From the NCBI GenBank assembly GCA_053919585.1, contig CM132787.1: a stretch of DNA of 64,000 nt; one strand, given 5' to 3'. The position numbers and the translations under genes are program-made. Source of the DNA: Euprymna scolopes (taxonomy: Eukaryota). The notes under the pieces are model-generated. The model searched no databases. It saw only the letters and a program-made list of their open reading frames with translations, and was not told where the DNA came from. Positions 10,951 through 23,160 of the stretch are shown here, piece after piece (position 1 is the stretch's first letter; each line of letters opens with the position of its first letter).

Positions 10951-13900
10951 TACACAGTGATCACCACTTATCAAGGTCCGGAAGCCACTCAGGGATAAGG
11001 GTTATTGCAAGTACATTACGTTTGTGTGGAGATTTGATGAAGTGTTTACTTAAGGGGGCGGTTCATTAGGAATTTGTTATCATTAGACTTGAAGACATCA
11101 AAGTTGTAGTCCGGAGGGAAGCAGGCACACGGAACAGAGTTCCACAGGCGTGCAGTTCTAAGAAACAAGCTTTGTTCATGGAATCCGCGCCTCGATTTAG
11201 GCACAGATATAGAGTGGGGGAAATTTTTCACAGTGGATTCAGCTAGACGGGTGTTTTTCGTGAAAGATTGGCGAGGGGGGACCAGGGATTTGAGTTCAGA
11301 CGAGCACCTGCCATGAAAATAACGATAAAACAAGGATAGGCTCGCAACGTCTCTTCTGTGGGAGAGGGGTTGCAGGGTAGAGAAAAGGGCATCCCCCACT
11401 TAACCACGAAGTCAACCTTGCACTCTGTCAAGGCATGATAGGCTGTTTTTGGCAGCTCCTGCCCAGATATGGCAACAGTATTCCATCCTTGGACGTACTT
11501 AGCTTTTATATAGATAGAGAATTGCATCAGTAGTGAGATATCTTCTGGAGCGGTAGAAGGATCCCACCATCTTTCCAGCGACCTTGGCAATAGACTTGAT
11601 GTACGTGTTCCATTTCTGATCAGGAGTAAAGATCAACCCCAGAAGCTTGTCAAAACACGGGGCCTCTCCCAGACGAGAGCCATCCCTCACAATTGATGCC
11701 GATGGGGATCAGAGCGTTGATGATGTAAGGATAGAAGTTTGGTTTTGGATGCATTAAAGGTAACTAGCCACAACTTCCCCCACTGAACCACGCGCTCAAG
11801 ATCAGAGGAGAGAGAATCAGAGAGAACTTCGTCATTTACAGCCTTTGATGTGTTGCCGTAGATGGTCGTGTCATCAGCATAGATGTCAACGAATGATTTA
11901 AGTATGTGTTTAGGGAGGTCATTGATGAAGATCAGGAAGAGAGTTGGGCCCAGGATTGACCCCTGAGGGACTCCAGCATTTATATTGCAGGCCTCCGATT
12001 TTTGTCCATCGACCACTACTCTTATGAGCCTATCGGAGAGAAACGATTTAATGATTGAGAAAACATCTCCAGTTATACCGTAGCTGGAAATCTTGTGAAG
12101 TAGACACTTATGCCATACCTTGTCGAAGGCCTTTGATATTTCAAGAGCAATTTCCCTAGAAAGGAAGCCTTTGTCAAGAGATTCACTAATCCTGTGGGAT
12201 ATAACCGTCAGCACATCTGCGGTAGATCTTGCAGAGCGGAAACCATATTGTGTGTCACTAAGAAGGTTATTCCTGCTGAGGTGGTTGACTATTTCTCTAT
12301 TTAATATTGATTCCAGCAACTTACTCAAACAAAGAGAAGACTTATTGGTCTGTACTGAGAGGGAGAGAACTTATCACCTGAAATCTTAAATACAGGGCAA
12401 ACATATGAGGTCTTCCTGGGGGTCGGAAACCACTTCTCCTTAAGGCAGCGCTTAAATAGTTTCGTAAGTATGGAAGCAAGTTCTGGTTGAAGCTTTTTTA
12501 ACACTATAATTTGGATGCCATCAGGGCCAGTTGCTTTACTGGAATCTAGGTTTTTTATAAGCTTGGCGACCTCATGCACGGATATTTGTATGTTGCCTAG
12601 CTTGTTCTGTGTTATAGGAGGAAATATGGGGAGTTGATGGCCTTCGTCGCATAGGGTAGAATTAGCTGCAAAGTTCTTTGCAAATAGTTTGGCCTTGTCT
12701 GACGCTGACGAGATGACCTGGTCCATTGATAATGGTTGGGATAGAACGCACACTTCTGTTCAGGATCCTATTTGTTATTTGCCAAAACTGGGGGGAACCA
12801 AGCCGCTGATCAGCTACCTTGGATTTAACAGACAAGGCATATAGCTCTCTTGCATTTTTTATTACTCTTTTACAGTGGTTGCTGGCAGTCCTGAAAGCAG
12901 CTTTAGTCTCAGTGCATCTATTACGTTGGTAGCTATGGAAAAAGTGATTTCTGTGCGCGGTAGCAGCAGCACATTCTGGGGAGAACCATGGCTGGCTGTT
13001 AGGTTTTTGTTGGAATTTTTTAGATGGTATGAATTGGTCTATGCCTACAATAAACCATTCGGTCAGATCTGATACTATAGAGGACACTTCCTGTTTAAAC
13101 ATGGAGTGCAGAGGTAAATCAGATATGAATGGACGGAAGCTATCCCAGTCAGCCATAGAGTATCGTTATACAGTACGGTGGAAGGGTACGTGTGGGGGCT
13201 TCTTACATTTCGTTTTTATCTTTTATATCGGAGTCGTTTTTATATTTTATATCGGAGTTGTCGGAGGATCCTAGAGGAGAATGAACATAGCTCAGGGGAA
13301 GTTGCGAGAAAAAGGTCTAAGAGGCTTGCATGTTGATTGGGTGTATCGGGCACACGGGGGATACACGAACAATCTGAGTGAGGTCATAAGCAATGGCAAA
13401 ATCATGACAAAATCTCCCCTCATCATCTGTCTTATTTGAATGGGTCAGCCATTCCACGTTATGGATGTTGAAGTCACCACAGATGTGGATGTTAGCCGAG
13501 GGATGTGAAGACAGTATGTGGTCTATTTTCTCAGATATGCTCTTAAAGATATAGTAACTCCGCTGTTGTGGGGCTTATAGAGGGCAAATATAAATGCAGT
13601 TGGCAAGTGCAACCCTGAAGCACATATAGGATAAATTAGGATCTTCTCTAGAGATATCCCTGCCACATGGGAAGCCATCTTTAATATAGGCACATATTCC
13701 ATGCCCATGGCGATCTTGGGTGTCAGATTTAGCTGTTAAATTGGAGTATCCATTAATTATGAACTCATCTAGGGAAGTGGTCGGCCCTATTCCAGTTTCA
13801 CTTAGAAATAATATGTCCGGTTTCGTCTCCTGTAATTGGGTGTCAACCTCCGGAAGGTTGGAACGTATACCCCTGATATTGGAGAAGGAGACCTGGTAGT

Positions 13901-14040
13901 AGGGGTCTATGCTGGAAGATGGGGTTCTAGGTTTAATCGAGTTTTTATTCTGGAGATATTTCATGTTGAGGTCTTGGGATTTGTGGAATAGGTCGGCATA
14001 CTTTGTTAGAGCAGTACAGAGAGGGAAAGTAAGAGTGAAA
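10951..14040 (-). mobile_element. LINE copy D, near-complete ORF2 (AP endonuclease + RT) broken by frameshifts; 5' end approximate
   Basis: 13575-13964 encodes SNIRGIRSN..PDILFLSET (APE N-terminus), with CGDFN at ~13470-13485. RT motifs PQGSILGP and YADD lie in 11687-12328. Family 3' tail and poly(A) at ~10930-11005. Confidence 0.93.
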
Positions 14041-15420
14041 AAGACAGGAATTTTTTTTTATTTGTAGCACACGAAAAGGTAAAACCGTAACAATTACCCA
14101 CAATGAAAACAATTTTCATCGTTAAATACAGAAAGGTCTATACGTGTTTCTTTCTGTACCCTTGTCAGGATGCATTTTTAAAAAATGCTGTTCTTTATTA
14201 TTTGGAGTGGAGATTTGTTATTTGTATAAGTGCAAAATAATTAAATTCTATAAATCCCAGTGAATAAAAATCCGAGCATGTAATATTTGCTTTAAAAATG
14301 AATGTGTTTAAACATTAAATTATTTTTTTTTAATTTTAATCAATTTATTGCAGCAATTGAAGTGTGTTATTACAGTTATTTGTGATGAATGTACAGACAT
14401 TTTTTTCGTTTTCGTTGCTAGATTTTATTATTATATCACAGAGCTTTCTCAAACATTACACATATAGTTCATCATAACTAAATAGCGTTTCAGATAGAAA
14501 GCCCACTCTTTATAGAATGTCTAACATTGCTACTTATGTATATACATTGCACAATAACTAACTTGAAAACTTGCTTTATTCTGAAATGAAATTCAATTTA
14601 GTTTCACTTGAGGCGAGTTTTATTCTTGGAAGGAAAATATGCATTCCTAGTAATACACCTCTCATTAATAAAGCTTCAATTGAATGTTGATGCATTTGTA
14701 TAACATTTGGTATTCTTTCATTGCACAGTCTATTTGTTATTGATATATTTTGAGAAGAACGACTAAGATTAAAATATAATTTCTGCGCAGGACTTCAGAT
14801 GGCATCAATAAAAGTACAAAGATTTAGGTTGATGGGGCAAAGCTTTCAGTCTTTATTCTATGCGCTGTTATACACAGCTATCACGAGAAAGTTTAATTTA
14901 AACGTCTTCATAGATCGATAAGCTGCCATTTTTATAAGGGGGCAGAATACTTTAATTTTCTATTGTGTTTTAATATACTCTTACAAATATCCTCAGCCAG
15001 TGAAAAATTACTCATGATATTTTTAGAATAGCCACATTATTATTAAAAAAGGAAGATAAATATTCCAAAATTTTGCTGTTTCATTTCCAAGATTAAGTAA
15101 CCATGTGGCACATTTACTTTTGATTATGTCTCGCAAAGTTTTGTAAAATCAAATCCAGTGGCTAGGAAATAGTCATAAATCGTTCATCTAGAATAAGCAA
15201 TAAAATTACAAAAATTATTTGCATATTAGCACTTGTGATTTGAAGTTAATGTTTATAAGATGAATAATTTCAAACAATATGTGATCTGGTCATCTCACTA
15301 AAAGTAAAGTAGAAACAATATATATCCAGAAATTACAACATACTTGATAGTAATTGCTCGGATATGTACATTTTCTAAATAAGTTTTCAAACATCACTAC
15401 GTATGAAATGGATTACTAAC

Positions 15421-15562
15421 ACACTTCTCCTCTTCCCGTCATTTTAAGCGACTTGATCACAATGTTGCTGGGCATTCTCTGTTTATCAGTCATTGTAATG
15501 TAGGCTGTGTTACTTAAGAGGTATTCACATACAATTTGCTGCATTTTACCAGGTCCAGGTAA
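15421..15562 (-). other. Candidate host coding exon (phase 0 to 1), product unknown
   Basis: tttag|47 open codons LPGPGKMQQIVCEYLLSNTAYITMTDKQRMPSNIVIKSLKMTGRGEV+T|gttagt. No homology recognised. Confidence 0.22.
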
Positions 15563-17429
15563 CTAAATATGGTTAAGTAAATTAAAATTTCATTAATTAA
15601 CTAAAATTTTCATTAATAATTTAATAAATATATATTCAATTCTTGTTCGAATTTAACTGCTAATACTAATCAAAATCAACAACTTTGAATTCTGCATTAT
15701 GTCTTTTTAATATGTTTCTATATAAAATATATAATCCAAAATCTATGAATCTTCCAATCTGAAATCATTTTTCCGTTTTCAATTGCACATTTTGCTTATT
15801 CTAAGAATTATCATATTAAAGATTTAGAAATTTACCCGGAACTTACTGCCAACAAAAACTGCGTTTCCTTCGTTTATCTTTCGATCGATAGAAGAGTATT
15901 ATTACTAAATGATTTGAAGTCAATAGTTTTAATACTTATATTCAAGCTTCGCAGAAAATAACAACAGTTATAATTTCTGTTTCTATAAGTCTACAATTAT
16001 GTGTGATTAATGTAACCTTATTTACGCAAAAAAGGCAGGCCATCGACGGTTAATGTAATTATATCTAGCCTCACGAAACAAGACTTAATTGAGGCAGAAA
16101 TAAAAGTTGCTTCAGGCTCGAATAATTTGCCTCTCTTTGGACGCGGGCATGACAAATGTCAATCTTTGATCCTAGACCTGAATCTGAACATGGACAACAC
16201 ACAAAAAAAGCAACATTCATGTTGTCTTTATTTATCGTTATTTAACACAAATACAACGAACAAAAAATAGTTTAAAAATAATGGTTTATATTCATTTAAG
16301 ATTTATCCAATTAAATTCTCTTATGAACTATTTAATTTTTTAATCTATAAATAAATCACTAGATCCATAGATGTGTCTGGGTGTCTGAGTTTCAATATTT
16401 AACACGTTATTTATCTAACTCCTGGCGAAATAATACTAAAATTACAAGATATTGTAATCATGCACAAAATAATAATTTCTGAAGAGCAAAATATCTGTTT
16501 AAATTGATAAATATACGTATAAAATACGTCGGCAAGTTGAAATACAAAATGCTTATTTCAGCTTGGCATACTTTTATTACGTGTAAGAGCAAATTTTGCA
16601 GTACTTCAACGTTAATTAAATTTTTTTTGTTATCTATCTAGCTATACCTCAATGTTATTGGCGTTTTTCTCGTTAGTGATTTTAATACTTATTTATTGCG
16701 CATTTTCATTATTACGTTTCAATTCGCACATAGAATTACAGTGATAACAGTCGAAGCGACTGCGTGTATTACTATATAGATGTGATGTTTAAAATAATAA
16801 TAATAACATTAATAATAATAATAGTAACAACATCAATACTACTACTAATAATAATAATAATACTAATAGGCTGAAGGAGTTCGCTTGAAGCATTGTTCAT
16901 ATGCATATAAAACATGTTAGGTTTGTAGAAGGCAGAATAATGCAAAGATATAACAGATAGCCGGAGGCTGAAGCAACTGGAAGAACCTGTTATGAAGTTT
17001 CGATTTTATTTATTCAATTCATATCGTGTGTATGTTTAATAATACATATATACATATTAAAATATGTATTTTTATACAATTGTGTAACAGGTGGATTTTC
17101 TAACATGTATCAGGGGGTGAGTTTATGTGTCCACGATGCAAAACTCCGGATGTCTTTCTTTCGTAATTTATCTGTCCGACTTTAAAAACCCATGGTGGGT
17201 CTCAGTTTAGATAAAGCAGTTTCCAAGAAATTTTACTTATTTTATCTTTTGCAGATAAATAGTTTATTAATATGTGAGGTGTGTATTGGTGTTAACATTA
17301 CCTACAGTCTTTTAATTATTATTTAGGCTTACGTATGTATTTATCTCTGTATTATTAAATAGCCTTTATTCGTTTTTTTATTTATAATGCATTATTAATC
17401 AATATCATTACCGAGTAAAGACTAGTTTA

Positions 17430-19380
17430 CAATACAAATATAAACAATTAGGCTAAACTTAAGTTCCTTCAGCTCGAGACTATCTGTTACGCCTTTGTAT
17501 TGGTCTTCCTTTATTGTCTTTCACAAATGAGAGAATGAACCACCTAATGTATATGGATGACGTCAAACTGTTTGTGTACATCAAAGCGGAATTAGAGACG
17601 CTACTCTACAAAAACAAAAATATTCAGCCTGTCTTTCCGAATGGAATTAGGTATGGAAAACTGCGCACTGCTAACGATAAGGATTAGAAAAAATGAAAGG
17701 AACGATAAATATGATACTAGCCAATTAAAGGTGAACATTATAGCTACAAATATTTGTAAGTTCTGGAAGCAGACAACAGGAAAACAACAGAAATGAAAGA
17801 GAAAAGTTAAAAGAGATATTTCAAAAGATAAGAAAATACCTTGAAACTAAACTATATAGTAGAACCTACCATTGATTTATACCTATAAATGTAAAAATAC
17901 ATGGGCAGTATTCCTAGCGAGATACTACAGACCTTTTATAGGTTGGAACAGAGTAAAGTATTTGAATCCTGAGCAGAAGACCAGAAAACTCATGGATATG
18001 CATAATGCAATATACCTAACGAATGGTATTTACCGACTCGCTGTGAAAAAAATCGTGAAGGAAGAGGGTCGTATTTTAGAGAGGACTGTATAAATGTCAC
18101 AACAAGATTAAGAAATATACCTGATGCAGAACACCGAATTGAAAATTACTGCAGCAAAAACATTGATAAACCCAGCACGACACAGACACAATAAACGAGA
18201 TATGAAGTGAGAAAGAAACATGACAGAAGAAACAGTTGTACGTATGATTCTTAAGGATTAGACAAGATGAGACCAACGAAAACAATTAGAAATGGCGACA
18301 AAACAGAAACCTTGAAAACTGAAACCCAAATAACAGCCACAAATGATAACGCATTTTGGAGCAACCACATTAAAGCAAGGGTTAACAAAATTCAAGAAAA
18401 TAGCAAATGAAACTCTGTAAACAAAAAGACGAAACAGTAAACCATAAATTAAGTGAATCCAGAAAAATAGCACAAAAACGTATATAAAAATAGACTAAGT
18501 GGGGACCAGTACACGAGACATTGTGCAGAAAACTGAATTTTGCACACTCTGAAATATGGTAAAAGCTCAAACCGCAGCGTTAGTTTAACTTGAAAGTCAC
18601 AAAATGTAATAGGATACGGATATACAAAAAGATTAAGCAAGGAGACCGGATGCTCTACTTGTTAACAAGAAGAAGCAGTCCTGCCAGATTGTAGATTTTG
18701 CCGTTCCAGAAAACATATTGAAGATCAAGGAGACTGAGAAGCGGTGCCAAAAAAAAAAGAATATGAGTAATTAGAATCAGAAGAATGGCTGAGAAGATAC
18801 AACTGATTACAATAAGGAAAATCCCCGAATGCAGAGAGTAAAAAAGGTGAGGACATACAGAAACTGTTATAGTTGTAAAACACAAAGGAACATCATCCGA
18901 AATCATGAAAACGGAAAACTGAAATTGTATAATAGTAAGCTTAACTACTTCTTTGCCCTCCTTCCACAGATATTTTCATTTTTTTATTTATTTTTATATT
19001 TAGTTATTCATTTTTTTTATTTTTGCAATTTGGAATTTTTTTTACATGTTTATTTTATTTTATTGTGTATCACTATATACTGAAAGCACACCAAATATTC
19101 GAGCACTTTCAAAGAGTTTTGCAATATAAAGGAGACAATGCACTAATAACACCTCGGATAGATAAGTGCAAAAAAGAACTAAGAAATTCTGACAGCAAAA
19201 GTCCAAAGAAGACTAATGGTCGCTTCCAAAGACAAATCAATTGTAAACGGCTCTTAAGAAAACACCAATTTGCATGCGAATGTTACTGGAAGAGGTATAA
19301 GATACTCGAGAACTGGAGAGACTTGTTGTCACTTAGATACCATAGAAAACCGCAAGTTTTTCTCTGAGAGAATTCTTTGA
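17430..19380 (+). mobile_element. Decayed R4/Dong-like non-LTR retrotransposon (RT + restriction-like endonuclease)
   Basis: NHLMYMDDVKLF at ~17538, YKYL-like and RKLMDMHNA segments, and RPDALLVNKKKQSCQIVDFAVP (RLE PD..D motif) at ~18642-18710. Many stops. Confidence 0.7.
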
Positions 19381-19776
19381 ATATGGTATGTTTTACTATT
19401 CCCAGTGAATAAATAATAATTTGCAATATAGAAAGACGATGTCGAAAACTTTGCAGACAAATGCTTGTAGTTTTGCCCATCTTGTAGCGGAAGTTATATG
19501 CTACTTTACTGATCTTCTACTTATTTAAGGTTATAAAATCATATTCAATTAATCAGCGTTGTAAGAATATATTTAAATAAGTATACATTTTTCCAGTGCA
19601 ACAAATTTCGGATAGCATGTGTTTATAAAGAGCGTTGTTAAACATAATATTTGTATTAAGGATACAAGGAAACATTATTATTAAATTGCCTAAAGTTTTT
19701 GCCTTCTTCGGTTGAGTTAGTGGGTAGAATTCATACTGACGAATTATTAAATGACAAACAAAGTATTTCTGATCAG

Positions 19777-19835
<59 letters not shown>

Positions 19836-21439
19836 TGTGTTAATGTAATATTTCCTAAATGATAGGCCACATATTTCATTTTTATATATTCACAAATAGA
19901 TTACTCACACGTTTACAATACACATATTTCATTCTGGAGATAATTTTCGAGTAAGAGGTCTGCGAGTGGCCATTAGATGCCGAAATATAAATATTGCCAG
20001 ATAATATATATTAACGGGGTTTCCCACTTGTTTCATCAGAAAGAAAAATGGCGAACGGCTAATGTATTAAAAATGGAAGATGCGTACAAACTCGAGAATA
20101 ACGAAGACGAAGTTCATTGGCCAGTAAACTCAGTACAGCACAGGGACAATGGTTAAGGAGTTATGCGTTTAGGTTCACTATTTCTTACTAGTTGGTCAAA
20201 TTAGTTTAGTAGAATCGATCCTATTTCACACTCCAAAGCTCAAATATAGAAGTAAATATGTTATTAAATGATTGTAATTACCGTGACTTAATTATATTTA
20301 AATTTTTATTTTATTTTCTTATATTATTTTAATAATTACAACTATAGCATTTATCAAAACACATCTTGCCGTCTGATTATTTTCGTCTATTTTGTCAATC
20401 AAGAGAACAGACAACACTGGTTTATAGTTGATTGAGTTTATTGGGTGCGTGTAAGGCTAATACGAATTTAAAGTTTCGTCCAAATATGGTCTCATCTAAA
20501 TACTTATTCCATATCAATTAAAGATAGTTTTATGCATTTAAATGAATAAATAAATAAGCAATTCAGACACAAATAAATATGATTAAATTTACTATTCTGT
20601 TAATTAAATAACCTTTAATAAAATGTTCTTACATTAGCAAATTTTTCATCTTACTCCTTTCTCTATCAGGCCTGTGTTTAATAATTTTATTCAACAGTAT
20701 TGAAATTGTAAATAATATATTAATCATTTACTTCGCTACGTGAATTGTGCAACGTTTGATAATGAGCTTTAAATATATAAATTACATCAATCATTTATTA
20801 CTGTAAGTATACCATACATGGTTCAATTCAAGCGGATTTCTTTTTTGTTTCTTATAGCTTATCAGTTTAAACGTGAGTCGAGATAATTCATGTAAATCGA
20901 TAATGTATGATGTGTCATTTACTTACACAGAACTATTAAATATACGAATATGATAATTATTTTGATAATTTTGAATTTAAGCATATTACAAATACCGTCC
21001 TATATCGTGGTTACCAAGAGAGCAAAGTTAGAGAGCTGAATGAATATGTGATGCAATGTGAAGTGAGATCTAGACAACAGAAGTGTTGTTCCTACCTTAA
21101 TCTTTTACCCGGTCAACATCATCTAGGACATTGAGCTGGTTGGATATTTAAGCTTTATGTTTAGTTTTCGACTGACAGTAGTAAGCACGGTAATTTATAT
21201 AAGTGGCCTGCATAATATTTGGAAGTAACATCATAATCTTAATTAATATCACTGTCGAAGTAGAAACTTGAAAACGTTATGTTATTTATTTACATTTTCA
21301 AATTGTAAAACGAATAATACTTATGTGAGGATTTTTTTTATAATGAACAAAATCCCCTAATCAGCATTTCTTAATATTAAGTAGATTTTTTTTAAATCTT
21401 TTAATTGCCGCGTCTTTAAATAAACTGATACACGAATGT

Positions 21440-21600
21440 TACTCTGAAGTTAAGAGTGCATACAGGAGATCCAAAGATTATCGAGGAATGGAAGAAATTT
21501 TGCGAAGAAGAATGGCTAAACCTACCAGCAATAGATTGGACGTATGTAGGTGAATATAGAAAACGTTTGCAAGCTGTACGGCAAGACACATGATAGAAAA
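21440..21600 (+). mobile_element. Tc1-family transposase C-terminal remnant
   Basis: Translates LKLRVHTGDPKIIEEWKKFCEEEWLNLP..YRKRLQAV, matching the Tc1 C-terminal pattern (L..FC.EEW..IP....L...YRKRL.AV). Confidence 0.65.
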
Positions 21601-22129
21601 TTAGATATTAGTAAATTTGTTAAAAATGCATTTGCATATGGGTATTTTGATTTTCCGTTTATAAATATGTGTCAAATATTTCCTTTTGTATTTTAGTTAG
21701 CATCTGTTAAAAGATGTCATTCAAATAGCCTTGGCATTTTTTGAGAAATAANNNNNNNNNNNNNNNNNNNNNNNNNNNNNNNNNNNNNNNNNNNNNNNNN
21801 NNNNNNNNNNNNNNNNNNNNNNNNNNNNNNNNNNNNNNNNNNNNNNNNNNNNNNNNNNNNNNNNNNNNNNNNNNNNNNNNNNNNNNNNNNNNNNNNNNNN
21901 NNNNNNNNTATATACCTACCGTAATCACCCTCATTAAAAGTGGTAATGCCAATAAGTTTATAATTGTATCAAAACAGCTGAATTAGTGCCGTTTGGAGGG
22001 TATTTTACAAATCAACAGGCTTAAATAATGATGTCTCTAGTCTCCGAATTCTTTATTCGTTTTAATAAAAAGCATCCAAGTATTTGAACTGTTTTATTGT
22101 AGAAAATATATTTTTTTTATTAAATTATC

Positions 22130-22790
22130 ACCCCAAACCAGGCACAGTGCCACTTTGAAGCAGGGGGCTACTATTAGGGAATTAATTAGCGGGGTTATTA
22201 TGAAGGGAGAAGAGTAGAAAGATGTTTGTTAACATTACACTTGAACTTCTGCATATCAGTGCAGTTGGGAAAGCAGAATCCCGGAAGGGAGTTCCAAAGA
22301 CCCGCAGTTCTGGGGAAGAAACTATTGGAGTGAAAGGCTTTCTTGCACCTAGGGATCTCCACTGTAAAGGGATGAGACTTAGTAGCTTGTCGGGTTTGTC
22401 GGGGGTAGTTACGTCGGGGAGGTACAAGTGTTTGCAGTTCGTCAGAGCATTAACCATTAAAGTATTTGTAGAACAGGCAGAATGATGCAACATCTCGTCG
22501 ATGGGACAGAGGTTGAAACCTAGATGACAGTTCAGGACCTATCAGGTTGGCAATTTTTTTTTTAACCCTGTCCAGGAGCGAGAGACAAGCAGCAGATGCA
22601 CCAGCCCAGATGTGACAAAAAGTACTTTAAGGCAATGTGTTCTTGACCATTGCTATTGGTGGTAGAGAAGGTTTCTTGTAGTTATTGAAGGAAACAAGCT
22701 TAGTCTTTGCAGCATTAAATGAGACCAACCATTTTGGTCCCCATTCCACTACGGATTAGAGGTCATCCTCTAGTGTTTCTGCCATTTTCT
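22130..22790 (-). mobile_element. 3' fragment of a second CR1/L2-like LINE family
   Basis: Minus strand reads LEDDL..VVEWGPKWLVSFNAAKTK, HIWAGASA, RDVAS and FFPRTAGLWNSLP. Its 3' tail differs from copies A-G. Confidence 0.75.
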
Positions 22791-22804
22791 TGGATATGTT
22801 AAAT

Positions 22805-23160
22805 ATGTAAATTGGTTGAATTGTTGAATTAAATATGTCTATTATTTTAAACTGTTTAATTTTAAAAGAAATTCTGATTCTTTGAGCTGTTAAATTTTAG
22901 ATAAAAAATATTATTCTTTGAACGGTTTAATTTTAAAATATCTAATAATATGAATTGTTAAATTAAAAAAAAGAAAACCTTTGAACTGCTCGATGAAAAG
23001 AAAACCCAACTTCTTTGAATTGTTGAATTTGAAAAAATCTGATCTTTTGAACTGTTAATTTTTTTTTTAATTCTACTTCTTGAACTTTGAATAACTTTTC
23101 TAATTTTGGACCACTGACTTAAAAAATCTAATATTTAGAACTGCTGAATTAAAAAAAAAA
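22805..23160. repeat. Degenerate AT-rich minisatellite (~30-40 bp units)
   Basis: About ten recurrences of (T)TGAA[C/T]TG[C/T]T[G/A]AATT..AAAAATCT. Confidence 0.6.

Noticed and set aside
16070-16185. Additional minus-strand exon upstream of 15562
   Set aside because: The only stop-free frame from the acceptor ends in phase 2 and does not join the phase-0 exon; the compatible frame has a TGA.
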